Shown here piece by piece: positions 24,707 to 32,817 of a stretch of DNA of 33,836 nt (positions within the stretch are counted from its first letter, which is position 1; each line of letters starts with the position of its first letter). Made by a program: the position numbers and the translations under genes. Below the pieces are notes generated by a model. The model was not told the origin of the DNA. It saw nothing but the letters and a program-made list of their open reading frames with translations, and searched no databases. Source of the stretch: Methanobacteriota archaeon (lineage in GTDB: Archaea; Thermoplasmatota; Thermoplasmata; RBG-16-68-12); contig VBMM01000029.1 in NCBI GenBank assembly GCA_005878415.1, forward strand, positions 1 to 33,836. Reading direction: 5' to 3'.

Positions 24707-25461
24707 GTGACCTCCGCCTTGAGAATTTCGTTGGCCTTCCGGATTTGTTCCAAGACCGTGGGGTCGTTCTGCGTCCTCGGCCTCGGCGCGTCGTTCGTCA
24801 GGACTGTGCTGACGGTTCCAGGCCGATGCGAGAGGACGACAATCCGATCGCCCAAGACGGCGGCTTCCCGGACGTCGTGGGTGACGAAGAGCGTAGTCGT
24901 CGCGTTCCGCAGCCAGAGGTCTTGCACGACCACTTGCATCTCCTCGCGAATCTGCACGTCCAAGGCCGCGAACGGCTCGTCCATGAGCAGGACTCTCGGT
25001 CGTAAGACAAGCGCGCGCGCGAGCCCGACCCGCTGCTTCATCCCTCCCGAGAGCTCATGGATCCGGGCGTGAGTGAAGTTCTCGAGCTGCACCATCTTGA
25101 TGAATTCCGCGACTCGCGCCTGCCTCTCGTTTCGAGGGACCCCCGCCACCTTCAACCCGAACTGGACGTTCGCCTGGACGTCGAGCCACGGGAAGAGGGC
25201 GGCTTCCTGGAAGACGACGACGCGATCCGCCCCGGGGCCGTCGACTCGCATTCCGTCCATCTCGACCCACCCCGTCGTGGGTTCCTCGAGGCCCGCGACG
25301 AGGCTGAGGAGCGTCGACTTCCCGCATCCGGACGGGCCGACGATTGTGACGAACTCGGCGCCTCCCACCTCGAGGTTGACGTCGCGCAAAGCCTGCACGG
25401 CTCCCGTCTTCCCTCCGAACGTCTTCCCTAAGGAGACGATTTTCAGCGCGGCGCCTTTCAT
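24682..25461 (-). CDS. ABC transporter ATP-binding protein, NitT/TauT family
   Basis: Track ORF trimmed to the ATG at 25461 (MKGAALKIV...), giving 259 aa. Walker A is GPSGCGKST, the signature is LSGGMKQR and Walker B is LLMDEPF. Confidence 0.9.
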   Translation of the reverse strand: MKGAALKIVSLGKTFGGKTGAVQALRDVNLEVGGAEFVTIVGPSGCGKSTLLSLVAGLEEPTTGWVEMDGMRVDGPGADRVVVFQEAALFPWLDVQANVQFGLKVAGVPRNERQARVAEFIKMVQLENFTHARIHELSGGMKQRVGLARALVLRPRVLLMDEPFAALDVQIREEMQVVVQDLWLRNATTTLFVTHDVREAAVLGDRIVVLSHRPGTVSTVLTNDAPRPRTQNDPTVLEQIRKANEILKAEVTWADQHPL

Positions 25462-25463
25462 CC

Positions 25464-26444
25464 TTAGTTCACCGGAGACAAGCCCCGACTCGCAAGTATC
25501 TCGTTGAGAAGACTGAGGTCGTAGAGCCCGCTCGTATCGACGCCGGCGGGCAGGAGTCCCAACTCCTGTGCCCACGCTAGGTACGTGACGAGGGACGATT
25601 TGATCGGGTCGTACGTGAGGTTCAGATTCCCGAATGCGGCGGCAATCGTCGCGTTGGCGAGGCGATTCAACGTCACTTTGGTAATCGCGTCGTCCAGGAA
25701 CCTCTTGACGATATCCCGGTGCGTGTCGAGATATCGTTTCGTCGTGACGAGCTGCGTGGTCACGAAACGTCCGTTGGGCCACAAGGACCTCTCGTCTAAG
25801 AATACTTTCCCGCCGGCCTCCAGGACGAGCCGGCTCGCCCACGGCTCCGGCACCCAGGCGCCGTCGATCTGGCGGAGCTGGAACAGGGAAAGGATGTTCG
25901 GGTTCGCGGCGTTGATGACTTCCACGTCGCCGCCCTGATCGACCGTCTTGTGTCCCTCCGACAGGAGGAAATGTTTCAGGGCGATATCTTGTGTGTTCCC
26001 GAGCTGCGGCGATGCGAACTTTCTCCCCGTATAGTTTGCGCTCGTGGTCAGGTTCAGCGTGGGCTGGATTACGAACAGCGCCCCGCCGCTTGCGCCGCCC
26101 GCAATCACCCGCAGCACGTCCGGGCCCACGGCGGCCAGCCCGGTGAGCGTCGGGGACGGACCGACGAACAGGAGATCAACCCGGTTCGCCAGGAGGGCCG
26201 CGATTCCGGTGGGGCCCGCGTTGAACGCCCGAGGCTCGAGTGTCAACGCGCTCCCCAAGGCCGCTTGGTAGGCGCCGGTCGAAATGCCGTACAGCGACTG
26301 AGCGTGCGTCACGTTCGGAAAGTACCCGAGGCGGACGACCGAGTCGGACTGCACCGAGAGGTACGCCGCGAGGATCGCGATCGAGACGAGAATGGCGGAT
26401 AAGGCGACCGCGGCGAACGCGACGTTCGTCCGGAGGCGCGCCAC
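25464..26444 (-). CDS. ABC transporter substrate-binding protein, NMT1/THI5-like (SsuA/TauA/ThiY-type)
   Basis: 326 aa with a GTG start and an N-terminal hydrophobic anchor, VAFAAVALSAILVSIAILAA. LGYFPNVTHAQ and the overall pattern fit the family. Its stop lies 2 nt before the ATPase ATG. Confidence 0.75.
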   Translation of the reverse strand: MARLRTNVAFAAVALSAILVSIAILAAYLSVQSDSVVRLGYFPNVTHAQSLYGISTGAYQAALGSALTLEPRAFNAGPTGIAALLANRVDLLFVGPSPTLTGLAAVGPDVLRVIAGGASGGALFVIQPTLNLTTSANYTGRKFASPQLGNTQDIALKHFLLSEGHKTVDQGGDVEVINAANPNILSLFQLRQIDGAWVPEPWASRLVLEAGGKVFLDERSLWPNGRFVTTQLVTTKRYLDTHRDIVKRFLDDAITKVTLNRLANATIAAAFGNLNLTYDPIKSSLVTYLAWAQELGLLPAGVDTSGLYDLSLLNEILASRGLSPVN

Positions 26445-26589
26445 GCTCCCAGGGAAGCGGCCTCCCGATAAAGACTATCGGAGCCCCTGCCAGGAACGAC
26501 GCGCCCCCTCCGGTTCGTGACGCGCGAACGGGCGGGGGCAAAGCCCATATAGTCGCGGAGGGGTGCGACGGCCTCGCTCGGCCGAAGGG

Positions 26590-27900
26590 ATGGGTTTGGA
26601 GCGGGCGAACGGTTCGCACTGGTTCTACTCGTACTTGCCGCAAGGGATCGCGGGCGGCGCAACCTCGGCGCTGATCCCTCTCTTCGCGTACGGTCTGGGC
26701 GGGAGCCTGTCGGATGTCGGGATCATCGCCGCGGCGACGAGCATCGCCTCGGTCCCGTCGTTCATGCTCTGGGGATCCCTGTCCGATCGCGTCGGCCGCC
26801 GCAAGGTCTTCCTCCTGATCGGGTTCGCGGGGAACGCGCTCTGCTTCCTCCTCATGGCCGCGAGCCGGACGCTGCCCGAGTTCTACTTGACCAACTTGTT
26901 GATCGGCTGCCTCGGCGCCGCGAGCGGTCCCGTGGGGACGGTCCTCATCATGGAGACCACACCCCGGACGGAATGGCCCGCGCGCCTCGCGTTCGTCAGC
27001 CGGATCGGGGCCGCGGGTTGGGTCGGGGGACTCGGCCTCGGCGTCGCCTGGCTCGCCCTCGGTCCCACGGTCGTCGGCGGCGGACTGGGTCTCATGCGGG
27101 CGCTCTTCGCGATTGGGGCCGGATTCGGCGGCGTGTCCGTGGTGCTCGCGTTCCTTTGGACGCGTGAGCCGACGCGGCGCGTGAGCCGGCGAGATGTGCA
27201 GGGCACGTACATCCGGCCGCGCGTGGAACGAGGCCGCTACCTTCCGACCCACGTCTTGCACTACTTCGACGTGCGGACCCCGCGGGCGCCGGCCGGCCGC
27301 CTTCCCCGCTCGCTCCGCACCTATCTCCTCTGCGTATTCCTCTTGTTCGGCGGGTTCACCGCATTCTACAGTTTCTTCCCGATCTTCTTGACTCAGGTCT
27401 ACGGCATCTCCAGCCCCGGCATTTTCGCCGTGTACATTGGGAGCCAGGCCATGTCCATCGCCGCCTATCCGTACGTCGGTCGGTGGATCGCCTCGCGGAA
27501 AAGCGCGTCCCCGCAGGTGTACGCGGCTCTCGGCCGCTCGCTCTTGTTCGGCTCGTTCTTCCTGGTGAGCTTGGTCTCGATTCCCGCCGCAGGCGTCTTC
27601 GCCCTCGCCTTCGTCCTCCACGCCGGCGTCGGGCTTTGCTGGGCGGTGCTCAACGTCGCGGGTTCGACGTGGGTCTCCCACCTCGCGCCGGCGAAGGGGC
27701 GGGCCCAGGCTTTCGGGGCGTACAACGCGGTCCAGGGGTTCGGTTCGATCTTGGGTCCGCTGCTCGGTGGCTTTTCCGCGCAGTGGCTCGGCTACGGCCC
27801 GGCGTTCGCGGTGAGCGTCGGCCTCATCCTCGTCGGATGCGCGATCTTGGTGACGCTCCCGGCGGAGGGACCCGCCGAGGCCGACGAAAAGGGTAAATGA
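26590..27900 (+). CDS. MFS transporter
   Basis: About 436 aa from the ATG at 26590 (the track starts at GTG 26563). It has about 12 hydrophobic segments and MFS motif A, GSLSDRVGRRKV. A CCATATAG box lies ~40 nt upstream of the ATG. Confidence 0.8.
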   Translation: MGLERANGSHWFYSYLPQGIAGGATSALIPLFAYGLGGSLSDVGIIAAATSIASVPSFMLWGSLSDRVGRRKVFLLIGFAGNALCFLLMAASRTLPEFYLTNLLIGCLGAASGPVGTVLIMETTPRTEWPARLAFVSRIGAAGWVGGLGLGVAWLALGPTVVGGGLGLMRALFAIGAGFGGVSVVLAFLWTREPTRRVSRRDVQGTYIRPRVERGRYLPTHVLHYFDVRTPRAPAGRLPRSLRTYLLCVFLLFGGFTAFYSFFPIFLTQVYGISSPGIFAVYIGSQAMSIAAYPYVGRWIASRKSASPQVYAALGRSLLFGSFFLVSLVSIPAAGVFALAFVLHAGVGLCWAVLNVAGSTWVSHLAPAKGRAQAFGAYNAVQGFGSILGPLLGGFSAQWLGYGPAFAVSVGLILVGCAILVTLPAEGPAEADEKGK

Positions 27901-27933
27901 GGTCCCCGGCTTCGCGCTCCCGGGATCGCGTCG

Positions 27934-28978
27934 TTGAAGGTGATTGTCCTCGGCGGATACGGGGCGATGGCGCAGTCGACCGTACCGGATCTCCTGGCGA
28001 GCCCCGGGGTCGAGCGCGTCGGGATCGCCGGGCGCAGGGCTGACAAGGCGAAGGCCGTCGCGAAGGCGCAGTCGGATGACCGCGCCGTGCCCGTCGCGAT
28101 CGACGCGAGGGACTCGGCGGCGCTTGAAAGAGAGCTCCGCAACTGGGACTGTATCATCAACAGCAGCTGGTACGACCTGAACGTGCCGATCACCGAAGCG
28201 GCGATTCGGGCCGGCATCCACTACTGCGATCTCGGCGGATTGTACCACCAGACCCTCCGCCAATTGAAGCTCGACAAGCAGGCGAAGGACGCGGGCGTGA
28301 CATGCGTCCTCGGGATCGGATCCACGCCCGGCACGATGAACGTCCTCGGCATGTACGGGGCGAGCAAGCTCGATCGGGTTCACAAGATCCAGCTTCGGAG
28401 CAGCGGCGCGGTCGTATCCGGCGGCGATCCCGGGACGTTCGTGCCGCCGTACGCGATCCGCACGATCCTCGACGAGTTCTCGATGGACGCGCCGATCCTG
28501 CGGAAAGGCAAGATCCAGTTCGTCCCGGCGCTCTCGGGCCTCGAGAAGTCCGAGTTCATCGCGCCCGTCGGCATCGTCGAAGGGTACTACACGATCCACT
28601 CGGAATTGGCGACGATGCCCCAGACGATCGGAAAGGGTGTCCAGGAGATGGACTTCATCGTTGCGTTTCCTCCCGCGTTCCGCGAGACGATCGCGACCCT
28701 GGTTCGGCTCGGTCTCGCGAGCCGCGAGGCGGTCGTCGTGGAAGGCTCGAAGGTCCGGCCGTATGACCTGACGTCGGAACGTGGGCGGCGGAGTCGTCGA
28801 CACCGGCGTCCCGCCGTCCATCGCCGCGCAGTGGGCCGTCAAGGGGTTGATCAAAGAGCGCGGTGTCGTTCCTCCAGAGATCGCGTTTGACCCGTTGCCC
28901 TATTTCAAAGAACTCGGGAGCCGAGGTCGCGGTATCCGCATCACGGAATACGCCGAGGAGACGCGGACGCTGAACTGA
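27934..28978 (+). pseudogene. Saccharopine dehydrogenase-like NAD(P)-binding oxidoreductase, frameshifted near 28772-28790
   Basis: MKVIVLGGYGAMAQ (Rossmann) ... GIGSTPGTMNV ... continues to VRPYDLTSE, then reads an Arg-rich tail to 28890. Frame +1 (track ORF 28781..28978) reads GGGVVDTGVPPSIAAQWAVKGLIKERGVVPPEIAFDP..FKELGSRGRGIRI, a typical C-terminus of this family. That frame is closed upstream by the TGA at 28769. Confidence 0.6.
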
Positions 28979-29017
28979 ATTTGTCCTCACCCAAGCGTCA
29001 GCAAATCGCAGAGATGC

Positions 29018-29041
29018 AACGCGCCCCAAAGGGGGTGCGTT
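29018..29041 (+). terminator. GC-rich hairpin downstream of the convergent or preceding gene
   Basis: AACGCGCCCC (29018-29027) pairs with GGGGTGCGTT (29032-29041) as 10 bp including one G-U, with loop AAAG. It lies 40 nt after the 28978 stop. No adjacent T-tract, so a terminator function is uncertain. Confidence 0.2.
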
Positions 29042-29126
29042 AGCGATCGGCGCACACGCGAGGTAGGTCAATGTTCGAACGCTGTTTTCCTCGGGATTCT
29101 TGCGGATGACCGGGCTCAACCTCGTC

Positions 29127-29134
29127 TATTTATA
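29127..29134 (+). promoter_or_regulatory. TATA box (TATTTATA)
   Basis: The best TATA match in the window, in a 207-nt intergenic region, 52-59 nt upstream of the TTG at 29186. Confidence 0.45.
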
Positions 29135-29185
29135 CCATCCATCCAATCCCTGGAATCACCTTATTCTCTCTGGGGAGCGAGGTAC

Positions 29186-32100
29186 TTGGTCGCAGCGGGG
29201 GAAGCCGCTCCGCCGTCTTCGGCGCCTACGCCGGGGACCGGAGGTCGGAAGAAGACGCTTGTGCTCGTGATTGTGGCCGTGCTCGTGATCGCGGCGCTCG
29301 CCTCGGTCACGTATATCCTGCTCTCGAGAACCTCTCCGCCGGCCACGCCGCCGGCGGCGGTTCGGCTCGATCACGTCACGATTTCCGGCGGGACGTCCGT
29401 CGACCAAGCCGGACTCCTGACGCTCTCCGCCGTCGCGATCGACACGAAAGGGGCGGCCGAGACCTCCAACGCGACTTGGCTTTGGTCTGCGAGTCCGGCG
29501 GCGTCCGTGACGGTTGTGATGTCGGGGACCCCATCCACGATCCAGGTGCTCGCGAAGCTGTCTGGCTCCGTGACGATCACCGCGAACGCGACGTGGAACA
29601 ATTCCGCGAAGGAGTCGACGCACGCCGTCACGGTTAATGCCTTGACGTACGAGCTGATTCCTGCCGACACCGCTCCGCTCGTCGGGCAAGCATTCGACAT
29701 TACGGTCCGTGTCTTGCGGGGAGCGACCATCGCGACTTCCTATGCTGGGACGGTTCACTTCACATCCGACGATACGGGCGCGACGATCCCTGCGGACGCC
29801 GCGTTCTCCGCAGGCGATGCGGGGCAGAAGATCGTCTCCGGGTTCGCCGTCTCCGTACCAAGCGCCGTGCAGTTCACCGGGACGGACACCGTCGCCGCGA
29901 TTACCGGCAGTGCTGGGGTCAGCGGGAACCGGGCTCCCATCGCGTTGATCAGCCTCACCCCAGATTCCGCGAATCCCCTCGGGATGACGGCGGATGGTTC
30001 GGGGTCTTCCGATCCCGACGGCGATCCAATCACCTACCTCTGGGATCTCGGCGACAGCACGACGGCAACGACGCCCGTCGTCACGCACACGTACGCGACG
30101 GCAGGCCCGTACCTGGTCCAGCTCACCGTGACCGACAGCCACGCCGTCTCCGACTCGGCCACCCAGACCTTCACCGCGAAGGCCAAGCCGACAGCGAGTT
30201 TCATCGTCGTTTCTGAATCCCCTTCCGGCACGGGCATCCGCGTCGACGTGGATGCCTCGGCGTCCTCGGACTCGGACGGCACGATCGTCAACTACAACTG
30301 GACCTGGGACGACGGCACCTTCTCCGACGTTTCGACGCCCGTGACGTTCCACGACTATGGCGCGTCGCTGATCGGCCAATCCGTGACCATCGTCCTGCGC
30401 GTGACGGACAACGACAACCTCGATGGGCGTGCGTCCCAGACGATTCAGATCACCCTCCTCCCGCAGCCCCCGGTCGCCTCCTTTGTCGTCTCCTCGGTGG
30501 ACCAGCTGAACCGTACCGTTTACGTGGATGCGAGCGGCTCGTCCGATCCGAACGGCAACATCGCGTCGTACAACTGGAGCTGGGGCGACGGCACCTGGAC
30601 CAACCTGACGACGGCAACTGCGAGCCACGCCTATGGCACGGACGCCGACTTTGTGATCAACTTGACCGTGATCGACACGACGAGCCTCAGCGGCTCAACG
30701 GAGATGTCCGTCCACGTCGAACAGCCGTCGGTGGCGCCGACGGCCGTCCTGACGGTGACCCGGAACCTGATGACTGTCGACGCGGACGCGAGTGCCTCAT
30801 TCGATCCGAACGGCAACATTGCGACGTACACGTTCGCCTGGGGCGACGGCACGACGACCGGTCCGCAGGCGAGCCCGCTCGCGAGTCATGTGTATTCATC
30901 GGCGGGCAAGTACACGGTGACGGTGACGGTCGAGGACAGCACGAACCTCCAAGGCTCTGCGGCGAAGACTGTTTCCGTCGCGGCATCGACGTTGGACTAC
31001 CGCTACCACGACTTCTTCAACGTCCCGTACGGCGAATGGTGGGACTATCGCTACATCAAGTACGGTGACCTGCCGATCAACGCCGAGTGCTTCAACCAGA
31101 CATCCGTCGCGGACGGGGTCTGCACACCCAACCACCCGAACACGCCAGATTTCGAGACCTATCCGTACACGAACTGGTATCCCCTCCCCGGCTCAATCCG
31201 GCCCGGGAACCCGACGAACAACCCACTCGTCTACGCGCCGTACCTGTTCGATGTGGCCGGCGTGAACGTCGCGGGCTACAACCGCTCCGAGCCCGTGTTC
31301 CTACCCGTGTTCAACTATGACGCACCTGTCGGGAGCGAACTGAACTTCCACTGGTACCTCCAGTACCTCGACAAAGCGACCGGGGACGACCTCACCCTGA
31401 ACAAGGGCTGCCCCGGCGTGGACCCGAAGTTCAACGACGGATTCGAGATCCGCTCCCAGGTCTGGCTCACCCTGGACCTCGCGGAGTCGAAGCGTATCTT
31501 CGGGGTCCCGCTCTCGACGACGCCATCTCAGGCGCAGGCGTGGTGGAATTCGAACACGAACAACGCGTGCGGCACGCAGGGCCTTCTCGAAGATCAGGTT
31601 TCGTCGTGGTTCCAGACCCTCGGCGGTCCGGCGGGGACTGAAGGCAAGTACGACATCGTGAACAGCTTCGAGTATCAGTACACGCCGTTCTACACGAACA
31701 TCACCGCCGTCGTCGATTCCTCGACCGGGGAGACGCGGGTGTACCTGGAGCACGCGGCCTGGGGGACGGAAGTCCTCCTCGCGCGGATGTTCTACTGGGG
31801 CAACGCCTCATATCAGTTGAATTACCTCGATTCGACGAATGCACGCGGCTGGTGGGGCATGGAGCTCGGGTGGCTCGAGGGCATGAACTTCCAGGGAAGC
31901 CTCGGTCCAGCGGGGGGCGGCTTTGACTTCAACCTGTCCGCGGCGATGCAGTACCACTTCCAGCAGCTGACGTTCCCGAGGACGGGAGGGTACGACCGGA
32001 CGGACGACGTCCCGTACTGGACTTGGGGGCCGATCTTGTCGGACTACACGAACGACTACAGCCCGAAGCATCCGATCTCCGAGTTGGATCGGTACCCGAG

Positions 32101-32653
32101 TCCGTACTACGGATATATCCACTCGACACCGGGGAGTGCACGGTACGGGCAGAACCTGACCTACGATTACGTGCCGATCCGTTGGGACCTCGTCGCCGGG
32201 CAGACCTGGAACTTCCAGTACCCGACCGGGAACGTCGTCTTCTACGACCCGAACAACACGCCGCTCGGGTCGGATCCAAGATACGGCGCCTACGTCGAGG
32301 TGCACAAGCCGCTTGCCTACGATTCAACGAAGCCGTCCGGATACGGGACGTGGGACGTGACGAACAACACCTGGGGCGTCTACGGTCCCTCATTGACGGG
32401 TGGTCCGGTGGGCAACGCCGGCGCGGACGGTATCCCAGGGAATTCGGACGACCGATATGCGCTCGAATCGTGGGGAGCGATCAACGTCGTGGCGTCCGGC
32501 GCCGCGGGTTTCGCGAAGATCACGTCTCACGCATCGGCCCCACCCGCGCTTGGTCCATCGTCCGAAAGCGCCGCGGCAGGCTCCGCGCGTTCCGGTGACT
32601 TCTACGTCGCGACCGTCCCCAGCCGAGTCACGACCCGGTCCCGACTCGATTGA
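29186..32653 (+). CDS. Membrane-anchored surface protein: Ig-like domains, 4 PKD repeats, ~520-aa unassigned aromatic-rich domain
   Basis: 1155 aa with a TTG start. The N-terminal anchor is RKKTLVLVIVAVLVIAALASVTYILL. Four PKD units carry D-x-S-x-S-x-D-[PS]-[DN]-G-x-I-x-x-Y-x-W-x-[WLF]-[GD]D[GS] (residues ~249-598). The C-terminal part begins STLDYRYHDFFNVPYGEWWDYRYIKYGD. N-x-S/T sequons are abundant. Confidence 0.85.
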   Translation: MVAAGEAAPPSSAPTPGTGGRKKTLVLVIVAVLVIAALASVTYILLSRTSPPATPPAAVRLDHVTISGGTSVDQAGLLTLSAVAIDTKGAAETSNATWLWSASPAASVTVVMSGTPSTIQVLAKLSGSVTITANATWNNSAKESTHAVTVNALTYELIPADTAPLVGQAFDITVRVLRGATIATSYAGTVHFTSDDTGATIPADAAFSAGDAGQKIVSGFAVSVPSAVQFTGTDTVAAITGSAGVSGNRAPIALISLTPDSANPLGMTADGSGSSDPDGDPITYLWDLGDSTTATTPVVTHTYATAGPYLVQLTVTDSHAVSDSATQTFTAKAKPTASFIVVSESPSGTGIRVDVDASASSDSDGTIVNYNWTWDDGTFSDVSTPVTFHDYGASLIGQSVTIVLRVTDNDNLDGRASQTIQITLLPQPPVASFVVSSVDQLNRTVYVDASGSSDPNGNIASYNWSWGDGTWTNLTTATASHAYGTDADFVINLTVIDTTSLSGSTEMSVHVEQPSVAPTAVLTVTRNLMTVDADASASFDPNGNIATYTFAWGDGTTTGPQASPLASHVYSSAGKYTVTVTVEDSTNLQGSAAKTVSVAASTLDYRYHDFFNVPYGEWWDYRYIKYGDLPINAECFNQTSVADGVCTPNHPNTPDFETYPYTNWYPLPGSIRPGNPTNNPLVYAPYLFDVAGVNVAGYNRSEPVFLPVFNYDAPVGSELNFHWYLQYLDKATGDDLTLNKGCPGVDPKFNDGFEIRSQVWLTLDLAESKRIFGVPLSTTPSQAQAWWNSNTNNACGTQGLLEDQVSSWFQTLGGPAGTEGKYDIVNSFEYQYTPFYTNITAVVDSSTGETRVYLEHAAWGTEVLLARMFYWGNASYQLNYLDSTNARGWWGMELGWLEGMNFQGSLGPAGGGFDFNLSAAMQYHFQQLTFPRTGGYDRTDDVPYWTWGPILSDYTNDYSPKHPISELDRYPSPYYGYIHSTPGSARYGQNLTYDYVPIRWDLVAGQTWNFQYPTGNVVFYDPNNTPLGSDPRYGAYVEVHKPLAYDSTKPSGYGTWDVTNNTWGVYGPSLTGGPVGNAGADGIPGNSDDRYALESWGAINVVASGAAGFAKITSHASAPPALGPSSESAAAGSARSGDFYVATVPSRVTTRSRLD
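29930..30979 (+). repeat. Four tandem PKD-domain coding repeats (~85-90 codons each)
   Basis: The repeated protein signatures are SSDPDGDPITYLWDLGD, SSDSDGTIVNYNWTWDDG, SSDPNGNIASYNWSWGDG and SFDPNGNIATYTFAWGDG. Nucleotide identity is partial (for example gatccgaacggcaacat at ~30544 and ~30802). Confidence 0.85.
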
Positions 32654-32710
32654 GCATGCGGCCTCTAGTCCGCGGCGAGTCGGCGGATCAGCGGCAGCCG
32701 GAGTCGTGCG

Positions 32711-32715
32711 TTTTT
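32711..32715 (+). terminator. Oligo-T tract (TTTTT)
   Basis: A T5 run (gcgTTTTTcc) lies 58 nt after the 32653 stop. Archaeal termination commonly uses oligo-T, and this is the only T5 in this intergenic region. Confidence 0.3.
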
Positions 32716-32817
32716 CCGGCGAGTTCGCTAGGTTCAAATAAGGTCCGGACCTTCCTACGATATCCGAATCCGCTGACGCGTTTCGCGTGGGAATCGCGTC
32801 GGTCGCGGGGGCTTTCA

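Noticed and set aside
26176-28854. 892-aa minus-strand ORF
   Set aside because: It is antisense to the SBP start, the MFS transporter and the saccharopine-dehydrogenase-like gene. It is Arg/Asp/Pro-rich with no motif. The sense-strand genes have clear family signatures.
29065-29090. GTTCGAA motif resembling a tRNA T-loop in the long intergenic region
   Set aside because: The flanking bases cannot form a T-stem, and no acceptor or anticodon arms could be built. The nearby GGATGA is not a proper C box (RUGAUGA) and has no matching D box.
29156-30628. 490-aa minus-strand ORF, and other long shadow ORFs (for example 20295..21443 -, 14492..15526 -, 13099..14616 +, 10904..11935 +, 22839..24341 +, 18928..20313 -)
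   Set aside because: All overlap better-supported genes in other frames or on the other strand. They have Arg/Pro/Gly-dominated composition and no recognisable domains. They are high-GC artefacts.
32765-32800. Imperfect inverted repeat GACGCG...CGCGTC upstream of the second PKD gene
   Set aside because: Only the outer 6 bp pair cleanly and the interior is mismatched. This is not distinguishable from chance CG-rich palindromes.
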